Source of the DNA: Planctomycetota bacterium
Lineage (GTDB): Bacteria > Planctomycetota > UBA11346
Direction of reading: 5' to 3'
Length of the DNA stretch: 60,719 nt
Assembly (NCBI GenBank): GCA_038213805.1
Contig: JBBQSO010000026.1
Coordinates: 1-60,719, forward strand
The notes below the pieces were generated by a model, which saw only the letters and a list, made by a program, of their open reading frames with translations, did not search any database and was not told the origin of the DNA. Shown one piece after another: positions 9,469-19,278 of this stretch. Each line of letters begins with the position of its first letter. Position 1 is the stretch's first letter. The position numbers were made by a program, and so were the translations under genes.

Positions 9469-10908
9469 CTAGGCGAGGCCGAAGTCGAAATACCGCGCCG
9501 CGTTGCCGTAGCAGACGTCCGCGACCAGGCCGCCCACCAGGGCCTCGTCGGCGGGCAGCTCGCCGCGCTCGATCTCGCTGCCGAGGCGGTCGCAGAGCAC
9601 GCGGCGGAAATAGTCGTGGCGAGCCTGCGAGAGCAGCGAGCGCGAGTCGGTGAGCATGCCGACGAAGCGGCTGAGCAGGCCGAAATTGCTGATCGCGTCG
9701 AGCTGGGCGTTGATGCCGTCCTTCTGGTCGAGGAACCACCACGCGGCGCCGAGCTGGATCTTGCCGGGGATGACGCCGTCCTGGAAGTTGCCGATCATGG
9801 TGCCCAGCACCGGGTAGTCCTTGGGGTGGAGGTTGTAGAGGATGGTGCGCGCGAGACGGTTCTCGCTGTCGAGGCGGTCGAGGAAGCGCGCCAGCGGTAC
9901 AGCGAAGCTGGCGTCGCCGATCGAGTCGCAGCCGGCGTCAGCGCCGACGCGGCGCAGCAGCCGGCTGTTGGTGTTGCGCAGCGGACCAAGATGGAACTGC
10001 TGCACCCAGCCGCGCGCGTGGTCCATGCGCGCACCTTCGTCGAGGATGAAGGAGCGGAAGCGCTCGACGTCGTCGGCGCCGAGGTTGCCGCCGCCCCGCA
10101 CCGCGGCGAAGGCTTGTGCGGCCTGCGCCGCGCTGCCGGCCAGGGCCGGGAAGCGCTCCAGGCCGTGGTCACTGACGCGGCAGCCGCGGCGGTGGAACTC
10201 GTCGTGACGCGCGCGCAGCGCGGCGAGGAAGCCGTTGAAATCGCCGATGTGCACGTCCGCGGCCGCGGCCAGGGCGTCAACCCAGGCGTTGAAGCGGTCG
10301 GGCGCGTCGATGCCCATGGCGCGGTCCGGGCGCCAAGTCGGGCGCACCTGCACCGCGCAGGCGCGATCGCCGGCGATGGCGATGTGGTGCTCAAGGCGGT
10401 CGGCGGGGTCGTCGGTGGTGCACACCACCTGCACGCGGAAGCGCGCCAGCAGTCCGCGCGCGCTGAAGCCGGGCTCGGCGAGGCGCGCGTTGCACTCGTC
10501 CCAGATGCCGGCGGCGGTGTCGGGGCCAAGCAGGCGGTCGATGCCGAAGACCATGCTCAGCTCGAGGTGCGTCCAGTGGTAGAGCGGGTTGCGCAGGCAC
10601 TTCGGCACGGTCGCCGCCCACGCCATGAAGCGCTCGCGGTCGTCGGCGGGCCCGGTGACCAGGCGCTCGTCGATGCCGTTGGCGCGCATCGCCCGCCACT
10701 TGTAATGGTCCTCGGCCAGCCACAGCCGGGTGAGGTTGGCGAAGCGCCGGTCGCTGGCGATGTCGGCGGGCGCGAGGTGGTTGTGGTAGTCGATGATCGG
10801 CAGCGCCGCCGCGTGGCGATGGTAGAGTTGGCGTCCCGCGGCGTTGCCGAGCAGGAAATCCCGGGTGATGAACGGATCGGGGGCGTGGGCGGTGCGCGGG
10901 CGGGCCAT
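9469..10908 (-). CDS. uxaC: Uronate (glucuronate) isomerase
   Basis: PIIDYHNHL, DHYKWRAMRANG, NPLYHWTHLEL, CTTDDP, WWFLD and GMLTDSRS...RHDYFRR motifs. Confidence 0.96.
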   Translation of the reverse strand: MARPRTAHAPDPFITRDFLLGNAAGRQLYHRHAAALPIIDYHNHLAPADIASDRRFANLTRLWLAEDHYKWRAMRANGIDERLVTGPADDRERFMAWAATVPKCLRNPLYHWTHLELSMVFGIDRLLGPDTAAGIWDECNARLAEPGFSARGLLARFRVQVVCTTDDPADRLEHHIAIAGDRACAVQVRPTWRPDRAMGIDAPDRFNAWVDALAAAADVHIGDFNGFLAALRARHDEFHRRGCRVSDHGLERFPALAGSAAQAAQAFAAVRGGGNLGADDVERFRSFILDEGARMDHARGWVQQFHLGPLRNTNSRLLRRVGADAGCDSIGDASFAVPLARFLDRLDSENRLARTILYNLHPKDYPVLGTMIGNFQDGVIPGKIQLGAAWWFLDQKDGINAQLDAISNFGLLSRFVGMLTDSRSLLSQARHDYFRRVLCDRLGSEIERGELPADEALVGGLVADVCYGNAARYFDFGLA

Positions 10909-11094
10909 GGGCATCCTCGAACAGCGAGCATGGCCACCGCACGCGCGCAGCAACCGCGCGCGCCGCCGGCGCAGTGCCCGATGCGCTCAGGTTTTGCCCG
11001 GATCCGGCACCCCTGTCGCGCCGCACCCACCACTGCGCGCCGCCGCTGGCGAGAGCGCTGGCCCGCTGCGCGAGCGCCGCTAGCGTCCGCGGCG

Positions 11095-12888
11095 ATGATC
11101 GCCCCCCTGCCGCCGCTGTGGCGCACCGGCGCCGCCTGCGTGGCAGCGTGGAGCGTGCTGATGGCGGTCGCGCTGTGGCTGCGCCCGCCGATGCCGATCG
11201 ACGAGACCCGCTATTTGGCGGTCGCGTGGGAGATGTGGACCACCGGCGACCAGCTGGTGCCGCACCTGCTCGGCCAGCCCTATGCCCACAAGCCGCCGCT
11301 GCTGTTCTGGCTGATCGAGGCGGGCTGGTGGGTGTTCGGGGTCGGCGAATGGTGGGGACGGCTGGCCGCGCCGCTCGCCGCGCTTGCTGCAACCCTGCTC
11401 ACCATGGATCTGGCGCGCCGGCTGTGGACCGACGACGGCGGACGCGCCGCGCGTCTGACGCCGATCCTGCTGCTCGGCTGCGTGTTCTGGGCGGTGTTCA
11501 GCACGCTGACCATGTTCGACTGCCTGCTCGCCTGCTGCGTCCTGGTCGGCATGCACGGCGTGGCCGCGGCCGGGCTCAGCGCCGGGCGGAGCGGCTGGAA
11601 GCGCCTCGCCCTGGGGGTCGCACTGGGCATCCTGGCCAAGGGCCCGGTGGCGCTGCTGCACCTGCTGCCGGCGCTGGCGCTGGCGCCCTGGTGGGCGACC
11701 GGGACCGGCCTGACCCGGCCGGCGTGGCGCGGGTGGTACGCGCGCGCCGCTCTCGCGGTGCTGTGCGGCCTGCTGCTGGTCCTGGCCTGGGCCCTGCCCG
11801 CCGCGCATCGCGGCGGAGCCGCGTACCAGGATGCGATCCTGTGGGGCCAGACCGCCGGGCGACTGGCCGGGGACGCGAACGCGCCCGAGCTGAATCCGCA
11901 CGGGCGCCCGCTGTGGTGGTACCTGCCCCTGCTGCCGGCCCTGCTTTTCCCGTGGTCGCTGTGGCCGCCGCTGTGGCGGGCGGCGGCGCGCTGGCGCGTG
12001 CTGCGCGCCGATCGCGGCGCGCGCCTGCTGGTCGCGTGGCTGGTGCCGGCCTTCGTCGCCTTCTCGCTGATCGGCGGCAAGCAGGTGCACTACCTGGTGC
12101 CGCTGCTGCCGGCCGCGGCCCTGCTCGCCGCGCGGCTGCTGACGGCCGGCGCGCCGGCCGTGGGCACACGCGCCGACCTCGGCCCGGCACTCAGCCTGAT
12201 CGCGACCGTGGCCGTGGGGCTGATGCTGGCACCGCTCGTCCACCCACGCTTCTACGCCTGGGACAACCACGAACTCTCCCTGGCGACGTGGGCCGCCGCG
12301 ATTCCCTGGTGGGCGGGACCGCTGCTCGCGGCGCCGCTGGTCCTGGCCTGGTCGGCACGCCCGGGCACGCCTGCGCACAGCGCGCGCGCGCTCGCCCTCG
12401 CCTGCGGCGCCGCGGTGCTCGCGCTGAGCGCGATCGCGGCGCCGATGGCCAGCGACGCCTTCGACCTGCGCCCCCTCGCGCGCGACATCGCCTGCTGGCA
12501 GCAGCAGGGGCCGGTGGCGCGCCTGACGCCTTATTACGGCGAATACCAGTTCCTCGGCCGCTTGCGCGAGGCGGTGGTGCGCCTGGGTGCGGATGACATC
12601 GCCGGGTGGGTGCGCGCCCACCCGGACGGCCGCCTCATTCTTGGTTTCGGCGCCCACCGCCCGCCGCCATCGTGGTTCGGCCCGCCCGAGAGCGTGCGCA
12701 GCTACCGTGGCGTGCTGCTCGGGGTGTGGCGCTGCGATGCGTTGCGCGCGCGCTTGCCGGCGCCCGCCACCCGGCCGGTGCGCCAGTGGCGTTTGCGACG
12801 TTCACCGCCCGCAGTGAAATCCATGCGACGCATGGTCGCGATGGTGGCGCCGCTGCCTGGACCGGTCGGGACGATGGCGAGGATCTGA
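11095..12888 (+). CDS. ArnT-like (GT-C, GT83/39) polyprenyl-phosphate-sugar-dependent glycosyltransferase
   Basis: DETRYLAVAWEM, PY.HKPPLLFWL, LAKGPV, HGRPLWWYLP and KQVHYLVP motifs; multiple TM helices. Confidence 0.88.
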   Translation: MIAPLPPLWRTGAACVAAWSVLMAVALWLRPPMPIDETRYLAVAWEMWTTGDQLVPHLLGQPYAHKPPLLFWLIEAGWWVFGVGEWWGRLAAPLAALAATLLTMDLARRLWTDDGGRAARLTPILLLGCVFWAVFSTLTMFDCLLACCVLVGMHGVAAAGLSAGRSGWKRLALGVALGILAKGPVALLHLLPALALAPWWATGTGLTRPAWRGWYARAALAVLCGLLLVLAWALPAAHRGGAAYQDAILWGQTAGRLAGDANAPELNPHGRPLWWYLPLLPALLFPWSLWPPLWRAAARWRVLRADRGARLLVAWLVPAFVAFSLIGGKQVHYLVPLLPAAALLAARLLTAGAPAVGTRADLGPALSLIATVAVGLMLAPLVHPRFYAWDNHELSLATWAAAIPWWAGPLLAAPLVLAWSARPGTPAHSARALALACGAAVLALSAIAAPMASDAFDLRPLARDIACWQQQGPVARLTPYYGEYQFLGRLREAVVRLGADDIAGWVRAHPDGRLILGFGAHRPPPSWFGPPESVRSYRGVLLGVWRCDALRARLPAPATRPVRQWRLRRSPPAVKSMRRMVAMVAPLPGPVGTMARI

Positions 12889-12997
12889 GCTTGGCGATGT
12901 GCGTTCTGATACCCGCTTGCACCTCGCGTCGAGCACATTTTTCTCGCGTCTCGCGTCTCGCTGTTCGCGGTTTCGCGACCTCAGCCGTGCTTGCCCG

Positions 12998-14302
12998 TCA
13001 GCGCTGCTCCCACTTCCGCAGCTCGGCCACCTGGGAGAGCGTCTTGCCGCCGGCGATCTCGGCGGCGAGACGCTGTTCGCGCTCGAGGATGTCCTGGGCG
13101 CGGTTGGCGACCTCGACGACCTCGCGCGCGGGGATGATCACCAGGCCGTCCTCGTCGCCGACCAGCCAGTCGCCAGGACTCGCCTGGTGGCTGCCGAGCG
13201 ACACCGGCACGCCGATGGCTCCCAGGCCGCGCGGCTCGCCGGCGTCGGGGCAGGCCTTGGTGCTCCACAGCGCCAGGCCCGAGGCGGCGATGTCGGCGAG
13301 GTCGCGGCAGGCGCCGCGGATGACCACGCCACCCAGGCCGCGCAGCACCGCGGTACGGCTCGCCAGACCGCCCCACAGCGCCGGGAACTGGTCGCCGGCG
13401 TCGATCACCAGGACGTCGCCCGGCTTGCAGGCGTCGATCGCCTGCACCGGCTTCGACCAGTCGCCCGCCACCGTCAGCACGGTCACCGCCGGGCCGCACA
13501 GGCGCACCGCCGGGTTGCGGTTGACGAAGCCACGCAGCGCGCCACCGCGGTGCATGGCGTCGGAAAGATTGGGCGTGCTGACGCGCGCGAGCACCGCGCG
13601 CACCTCGGCCAAGCCGGCGCGGCGGTAGAGGGTCTGCTCGGGGGCGATGCCGCTCGCCACCGCGGCAAGCATCGCCACGGCCGCGGCGCGATTGTCCGGC
13701 GCCTTGGTGATGGCGCCGCCGCAGATGATGATGCGCGCGCCCGCCGCCACCGCGCGCGGCGCGGTCGCCGGGCTGATGCCGCCAGCGCAGCTCACCGGGA
13801 TGCGTACCGCCTGCGCGACCTCAGCGAGGGTGGCGAAGACCTCGCGCCCGAGCATCTGCTGGTCGATGGGGGTGTGCACGCTGACCAGGTCGACGCCCAG
13901 CGCCTCGACCGCGCGCGCCCGGCCGACCGGGTCGGCCACGCCGAGCAGGTCGCAACCGATCGCCACGCCAAGGTGACGACCGGCGTCGACGCAGTCCCGG
14001 ATGGTCGCGTCGGTGGCCGCGGCCAGGACCATGACCACGTCGGCACCCGCCTTCTTGGCCGCCTCGACCTCGGTGCGGCCCGCGTCCATGACCTTCATGT
14101 CGGCGACCACGGTGGCCTGCGGGTGTGCGGCGCGCAGTCGACGCACCGCCTCCAGCCCCTCGGATTTGATCAGCGGTGTACCCGCCTCGACCCACGGGAT
14201 GCCCGCCGGCAGCGCCTCGGCCGCCGCGCGCAGCGCCTGCTCGAGGTTGAGGAAATCGAGCGCCAGCTGGACGACGGGCGCAGTGGGGACCTGGAAAGGC
14301 AT
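12998..14302 (-). CDS. hxlA: 3-hexulose-6-phosphate synthase fused to an RraA/MenG-like domain
   Basis: HPS motifs VQLALD, WVEAGTPLIKSEG, VADMKVMDAG and HTPIDQQ. C-terminal STPNLSDAM, GPAVTV, ALWGGL, GACRD and PGDWLVGDEDG motifs are RraA/HMG-aldolase-like. Confidence 0.88.
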   Translation of the reverse strand: MPFQVPTAPVVQLALDFLNLEQALRAAAEALPAGIPWVEAGTPLIKSEGLEAVRRLRAAHPQATVVADMKVMDAGRTEVEAAKKAGADVVMVLAAATDATIRDCVDAGRHLGVAIGCDLLGVADPVGRARAVEALGVDLVSVHTPIDQQMLGREVFATLAEVAQAVRIPVSCAGGISPATAPRAVAAGARIIICGGAITKAPDNRAAAVAMLAAVASGIAPEQTLYRRAGLAEVRAVLARVSTPNLSDAMHRGGALRGFVNRNPAVRLCGPAVTVLTVAGDWSKPVQAIDACKPGDVLVIDAGDQFPALWGGLASRTAVLRGLGGVVIRGACRDLADIAASGLALWSTKACPDAGEPRGLGAIGVPVSLGSHQASPGDWLVGDEDGLVIIPAREVVEVANRAQDILEREQRLAAEIAGGKTLSQVAELRKWEQR

Positions 14303-14613
14303 GGGCCGCACCCTATCCCCCGCTTCCCAGGGGCAATGCGCCTGACTGCGCAGGGGTCATGCGCCGGAAGGATGGCCCCGGACCCGGCGCTCACCAGCGG
14401 ATCTGAGGTCGGCCACGGATACCGGGGCGAGCTGCTTTCGCGGTGACCCCCCGACGTGGATTGGGCTCATCTACGCTTATTTCCAGGTCTGAGCGCCGCG
14501 CGCCTGGCGCCTGGCGCCCCCCAGGTTCCTGGCACGACCCCCGAGCCCCCCGGTTGCACCCCTCCCGCCTCGCCCCTAGAGTCCGGCGCCCGAACCAGCC
14601 AGGAGACGAGGCC

Positions 14614-15861
14614 ATGACCGACGCCACCGCCACGAGCGCGGACAAGCCGGCGAGCGACAAGCCCGCGGACGAGTGGAAGCCCGAGCCGCGGCAGTGGACG
14701 TGGAAGGATCTCTTCACCGCCCCGATGCTCGCCTTCAAGCCCAAGTGCATGGTGGTCTCGGCGGTGACCCTGGCGGTCATCGGCCTGTGGTACTGGCTTT
14801 ACGCCCAGTGCGAATTCTCGCACGCCTACACCTTGCAGTCCAACCTCATCGACTGGGCCTGGGGTCTGGTCGCGTTGGTAATCTTCAGCCTCGGCGCCAG
14901 CCTGGTGGCGGTGTTCCTCAAGGCCGACCTGCTTGATGACGAGTTCCTGTCCTTCGGCGAGGCGCTCACCCAGTACAAGTCGCGCATCGTCCCGGCGCTG
15001 CTGGTGCCGGTGTTCCTGGTAGCGCTGCTCGGCGGCGTCTATGTGGCGCTGATCTACCTGCCCGCCCTGGCCAGCTCGATCCCCTTCGTCGGACCGACGC
15101 TCTACGCGATCCTCTACCCGTTGGTCTTCCTGTTCTCGCTGTTCGGCTTCCTGCTGAGCATCGCGGTGTGGCTGAGCACCTTCGTCTTCCCCAGCATCAT
15201 CGCGATCCGCAAGCACGGCTGGTTCGATAACGTCGTCGACACCATCGAGGCGGTCGGCACCAAGCCGCACATCCTGGCGGCCAGCCTGCTGCTGTCGCTG
15301 ATCATGATGGGCTTCGCGAGCTGGATCGGCCTGGGCGCGATGGCCCAGCTGAAGTCCCAGACCCGCTACCTGCCCGGCGACGCCAACGCGGTGCAGCAGA
15401 CCGAGACCCGTGCCAAGGAGTTCGTCCAGGTCGTGCTCGATAGCTTCGACCAGCACGTCTCGGCCCACGTCGATCCCAGCCATTCGCTGCTGCAGGCCGG
15501 CGCTTCGACGCTCAGCTCGGCCTTCTACGGCACGCCATCAGGCTCGTCGTATTCGCGCGGCGCCTACCAGCAGAACGTCACTGGCCCGATCGCCGGCGTG
15601 TGGCAGGGCATCATCCTGGCGCTGATCCTGGGCTACGTCGCCAACCTCTTCATCGCCGGCGGCATGCTCACCTATCTGTTGGTGCGCGAGGATGACTACT
15701 GGGATGACGAGGACCTCGAGGACCTCGACAAGCTCGCCAAGGAGCTGGAGGAGGAGGCCAAGCGCGACCAGGGCGCGCCCGCCGCCGCCGCTCCGGTAGC
15801 AGTCGTGGCCACGCCGCCGCCGGCCGATGCCGGGACGCCGCCGCCTGCAGCCGCGACCTGA
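14614..15861 (+). CDS. Multi-pass membrane hypothetical protein with acidic C-terminal tail
   Basis: AGGAG RBS, about 6 TM helices, tail YLLVREDDYWDDEDLEDLDKLAKELEEE. Confidence 0.8.
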   Translation: MTDATATSADKPASDKPADEWKPEPRQWTWKDLFTAPMLAFKPKCMVVSAVTLAVIGLWYWLYAQCEFSHAYTLQSNLIDWAWGLVALVIFSLGASLVAVFLKADLLDDEFLSFGEALTQYKSRIVPALLVPVFLVALLGGVYVALIYLPALASSIPFVGPTLYAILYPLVFLFSLFGFLLSIAVWLSTFVFPSIIAIRKHGWFDNVVDTIEAVGTKPHILAASLLLSLIMMGFASWIGLGAMAQLKSQTRYLPGDANAVQQTETRAKEFVQVVLDSFDQHVSAHVDPSHSLLQAGASTLSSAFYGTPSGSSYSRGAYQQNVTGPIAGVWQGIILALILGYVANLFIAGGMLTYLLVREDDYWDDEDLEDLDKLAKELEEEAKRDQGAPAAAAPVAVVATPPPADAGTPPPAAAT

Positions 15862-15868
15862 AACGGAC

Positions 15869-16414
15869 TCAGACCCCGTCCGCATTCGACCCGCCCGCCG
15901 CAAGGCGGGCGGCGTCGTTTGCGGGCGCCGGCCGCCGCAGCTGGATCTGGAGGTTGCGGATGTAGACGGCGAGCCCGAAAAACTGCCCGGCCATGCCGAC
16001 CGGTTCGTGACGATGTGCGAAGTACACCAGCGTGGCCAAGCCGCCGACGAGACTGAGCCACCAGAAGGACACCGGCACGACCACGCGCCGGGCGCGTTCG
16101 GTCGCCCACCATTGGACCAGGAAGCGCGCCGCGAACAGGCTCTGGGCGGCAAGGCCGAACACCACCCAGCCATCCAACGGAACGGCGAAGCCGAGCACCA
16201 CCCAGTCGTGACTGGCAGTCACGGCGCCCGGGACCGGAGTGGGTGCCCCGGTTTCCCCGCCCGTACCAAGGGTCGCCAGGGCGAGCACGGCGAGCACGGC
16301 CAGAAAGCGTCCAGCCGCGATGCGCTCCGGCCCGGCGCGACCACCCGGTCGGGGGCCCTGCGCAGCTGCCCACGCCAATTCCCGGCCGCGAATCCCTGCG
16401 CCATCCGGGCTCAC
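15869..16414 (-). CDS. Lipid A biosynthesis N-terminal domain (LAB_N) membrane protein
   Basis: FGLAAQSLFAARFLVQWWATERARRVVVPVSFWWLSLVGG...GQFFGLAVYIRNL motif; overlaps the GT2 stop (GTGA). Confidence 0.85.
   Translation of the reverse strand: MSPDGAGIRGRELAWAAAQGPRPGGRAGPERIAAGRFLAVLAVLALATLGTGGETGAPTPVPGAVTASHDWVVLGFAVPLDGWVVFGLAAQSLFAARFLVQWWATERARRVVVPVSFWWLSLVGGLATLVYFAHRHEPVGMAGQFFGLAVYIRNLQIQLRRPAPANDAARLAAGGSNADGV
15891..15912 (+). terminator. GC hairpin with GCAA loop (likely terminator between convergent genes)
   Basis: CCGCCCGCC-GCAA-GGCGGGCGG, 30 nt after the stop at 15861. Confidence 0.55.
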
Positions 16415-17196
16415 CGCGCCACCGGGGTCCGCTCGGGCTGCTGGGCCTGGGCGCTGGCATCACCCTCTGCCCTGTCCACCTGCCAGACGCACCGACGCGC
16501 AAGCAGCCAGCGCACCCCCAGCAGATCGCGCAGTCCGCGCCACAGGCGGTCGTTGATGCCGTATTTGCTGCGCCCGCCGTGGCGCGGACGGTGCCCAACC
16601 GGGATCTCGGCGACGCGGAAGCCCTGGGCGCGCACCAGAGTGGGCAGGTAGCGGTGCAGGCCGTCGAACAGTGGCAGCTGGCGCAGCGCGTCACACCGCA
16701 CCACGCGCGTCGCGCAGCCGACATCGGTGACGTGGTCGCCGGTGACCACGTCGCGCACACGGTTGGCGATGACGCTGGCCAGGCGGCGCTGCCAGGAGTC
16801 GCGCCGACGGGCGCGGATGCCCCCGACCAGGTCATAGCCGCCGGCCCGCGCGTGGGCGAGTTGGCGGGGCAAGTCGGCGGGATCGTTCTGGCCATCGCCG
16901 TCGAGCAGCCCGACCCACTCGCCGCGCGCATGCCGGATGCCGGCCATGAGCGCCGCGGACTGGCCGCAGCCGCGCGCCAGCGCGATCAGGCGATGCGGCG
17001 CAGGCAGCGCCGCGAGCAGCGCGCGCGAACCGTCGCTGGAGCCGTCATCGACCCACACCGCCTCCCACGTCAGCCCGGCCGCGGCGCAGGCCGCGGCGAT
17101 CTCCGCCGCCAGGACCGGAATCGCCGCCACCTCGTTGCGCACAGGCACCACCACCGAGAAGCCCGGAACCATCGCCGCCGCGCTGTCATCCTGCAT
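16411..17196 (-). CDS. GT2 polyprenyl-phosphate glycosyltransferase (ArnC/DPM1-like)
   Basis: SVVVPVRNE, VDDGSSDGS, GQSAAL, LDGDGQNDPAD, DVGC, HRYLP and HRPR..G.SKY motifs. Confidence 0.92.
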   Translation of the reverse strand: MQDDSAAAMVPGFSVVVPVRNEVAAIPVLAAEIAAACAAAGLTWEAVWVDDGSSDGSRALLAALPAPHRLIALARGCGQSAALMAGIRHARGEWVGLLDGDGQNDPADLPRQLAHARAGGYDLVGGIRARRRDSWQRRLASVIANRVRDVVTGDHVTDVGCATRVVRCDALRQLPLFDGLHRYLPTLVRAQGFRVAEIPVGHRPRHGGRSKYGINDRLWRGLRDLLGVRWLLARRCVWQVDRAEGDASAQAQQPERTPVAR

Positions 17197-17295
17197 GCCG
17201 GGCAGGGTGCCGGCCCGTGGTGGCGGAGAAGCGAAAGGTGTCAGCGTCGGGGCTCGGAGGAGAAGGTACGTGTGACAGCCGGGTGGAGTGGGAGA

Positions 17296-17438
17296 TCCGG
17301 GGTGCAGGGTGCGGAGTGCGGAGTGCGGGGCGGATGGAGGCAGTCTGTGAGATATCTCACCAGTGGAACTTGCGCTCGAACGGCTGCAATTTGGCGCACC
17401 TGCGCACCTGCGCACTCCGCATTCCGTACCTCGCCTCC
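17296..17438. repeat. Inverted heptamer arrays (TGCGGAG)n ... (CGCACTC)n with an internal perfect palindrome
   Basis: Left arm 17296-17330, right arm 17395-17438, GTGAGATATCTCAC at 17347-17360. Confidence 0.7.
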
Positions 17439-17463
17439 TCCCCATCTCCCCCCGTCCATCCCA

Positions 17464-18099
17464 TCACGGCGCCGCCATGTCCTTCCACTCCGCCGCGTGG
17501 TAGTTGGTGCGCAGCTTTACCCATTCCAGGACGCGCTCGTTGCGCGCGATGCCGCGGTCGCCCTGCCAGCCGTAGAGCAGCTCGACCGTGCCGGCCTTGG
17601 TGTCGCGCAGCGAAAACAGCGGTACCAGGCCGGTGTTTGCGGCCAGGATGTTGAGCCGCGTGGCCTCACGCTCGAGCACGCCGTGGCGCGTGCCGTCGAC
17701 GCTCTCGGGCACTGCCAGGCGCAACAGCCACGAGCCGTCCTCCACGGTCACCGGACGGTCGGCGCTGGGATGGCCGGTGGGCGCGACGCGTACCACATAG
17801 CCGGGCGGCGGCTGCTTCGCCCAGCCGCTCGTCGCATCGACCAGCAGCACCCGCGCCACGCCCTGGTCCCCCGGCTTGTAGCGGATCTGCCACCAGCGCC
17901 GCCCGCGCTCGTCGACCTCCGCCGGCGGCAGCACCTCGACCGCGTCACCCCAGTCGAAATCGTCGCGGCGCTGCAGGTGCTCGGCGGCGGCGCTGGCCTG
18001 GGCCTGGGTGATCGGATCGCGCCCCTCGCAGCCGCTACTGAGGAACAGCGCGGCGCCGAGGAGCGGCCACGACAGGAGCAGATAACGCGACGTGGTCAT
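17464..18099 (-). CDS. Hypothetical lipoprotein
   Basis: Lipobox LFLSSG-C after a hydrophobic signal; upstream TTGAAC-N17-TACAAG promoter candidate. Confidence 0.75.
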   Translation of the reverse strand: MTTSRYLLLSWPLLGAALFLSSGCEGRDPITQAQASAAAEHLQRRDDFDWGDAVEVLPPAEVDERGRRWWQIRYKPGDQGVARVLLVDATSGWAKQPPPGYVVRVAPTGHPSADRPVTVEDGSWLLRLAVPESVDGTRHGVLEREATRLNILAANTGLVPLFSLRDTKAGTVELLYGWQGDRGIARNERVLEWVKLRTNYHAAEWKDMAAP

Positions 18100-18146
18100 G
18101 GGGGCTCGCTGGGTGCGGCGTGCAGGTCGGGGCCGGGGGCAGGCGT

Positions 18147-18175
18147 CTTGTACGCGCCGGCGGGTGGCGGTTCAA
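18147..18175 (-). promoter_or_regulatory. Sigma70-like promoter for the lipoprotein gene
   Basis: TTGAAC-17 nt-TACAAG on the minus strand. Confidence 0.45.
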
Positions 18176-18327
18176 CCACCTTGGGGGTGGGGCTGCATGG
18201 TGGCGGTGGCCGGCGCTGTGGCCGCATGCTCAGGATGGGCTGATGGCTTGCTGGCCATGGCTGATACGTGGTCACTGAGCCGTATCCATATCGACATACT
18301 CGAAACCGATGCCGCACGCCTATTCGC

Positions 18328-18411
18328 GCCATCAGCCATCAGCCATCCGCTATCAGCTATCAGCTATCAGCCATCAGCCATCAGCCATCCGCCGTCAGCC
18401 GTCAGCCATCT
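18328..18411. repeat. 12-unit heptamer tandem array (GCYRTCA)
   Basis: GCCATCA/GCTATCA/GCCGTCA/GCCATCC x12, abutting the stop at 18414. A degenerate reverse-complement arm (TGATGGC) lies at about 18233-18268. Confidence 0.9.
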
Positions 18412-18413
18412 CC

Positions 18414-19271
18414 CTACTGCTGATCCAAATACTTGATCGCCACCACGCGGTTGCCCTTGGCGTTGTAGATCAGCTTGTCCATCAGGTTCTTGATCAGGTG
18501 GATGCCGTAGCCGCCCAGGCGCTTGCCGCTGTCGATGCGGTTCTGGATGTGGGCGAGCGGGTCAATGCTGGGATCCGGCACCACGGCGGGATCGAAGCCC
18601 GCGCCCTCGTCCTCGATGTAGACGATGATCTTGCCCGGCAGGATGCGGCAGCCGAAGCGCACCTTCTTGGCGATGTCGTTGCGGTTGCCCCATTCAATGG
18701 CGTTGCGGCCAAGTTCCTCGAGGGCGAGGCGCACCTCGCTGGCGGCGGGCTCGGCGATGCGGAACTTGTCGAGCAGGCCAAGGAAGCGCCGGTAACGGTA
18801 GAGGATCGACGCGTCGCTGTTGCCCGAAACCTCGAACCAGCCGTGCGGGTCGTACTCGACGTCGATGGTGCGGACGAGCAGCGGCATGTGCTGCAGCGCG
18901 TTGGCGGCGGCGGCGGTGAGGTCTTCGATGCGCACCGGCTTCACCAGGTAGTCGCAGGCGCCCTGGCGCAGGCAGCGCACCACCATGTCGTCCTGGCCGA
19001 GGGCGGTGAGCATCACCACCGCCGCCGGGTAGTCGCGCGCGCGCAGCTCGCTAAGCAGCGTCTCTCCGTCCATGCGCGGCATGATGATATCGCACATCAC
19101 CAGGTGGTAGGGCTCGGGCGCGGAGAGCAGCTTGTCGAGGGCCTCGCGGCCGTCGGCGGCGGTATGCACGATGACGGTGTCGCCGAGGTCGCCGAGAGTT
19201 TCGGCGACGTGCGCGCGCAACGCCGGCATGTCTTCGACCACCAGGATGCGCCGCATGTCGGTGGTGGTCAT
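18414..19271 (-). CDS. Response regulator: REC domain fused to an RsbW-like (HATPase_c) anti-sigma kinase domain
   Basis: ILVVED, CDIIMPRMDG and DYLVKP (REC). LALEELGRNAIEWGN, IEDEGAGFDP and GGYGIHLIKNLMD (RsbW-type N/G1/G2 boxes). Confidence 0.88.
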   Translation of the reverse strand: MTTTDMRRILVVEDMPALRAHVAETLGDLGDTVIVHTAADGREALDKLLSAPEPYHLVMCDIIMPRMDGETLLSELRARDYPAAVVMLTALGQDDMVVRCLRQGACDYLVKPVRIEDLTAAAANALQHMPLLVRTIDVEYDPHGWFEVSGNSDASILYRYRRFLGLLDKFRIAEPAASEVRLALEELGRNAIEWGNRNDIAKKVRFGCRILPGKIIVYIEDEGAGFDPAVVPDPSIDPLAHIQNRIDSGKRLGGYGIHLIKNLMDKLIYNAKGNRVVAIKYLDQQ

Positions 19272-19278
19272 GGGCTGC

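Noticed and set aside
9022..12888. 1288-aa ORF suggesting a giant ArnT fusion
   Set aside because: The first ~690 codons are the antisense of uxaC plus repeat DNA. ArnT motifs begin only after 11095.
18096..18332. 78-aa ORF upstream of the lipoprotein gene
   Set aside because: It overlaps repeat arms and a plausible promoter, and has no RBS or protein-like features.
18328..18411. Possible CRISPR array in this or the other repeat regions
   Set aside because: The units are contiguous 7-mers without unique spacers, the 50.2-kb repeat has only two long units, and no cas genes are present.
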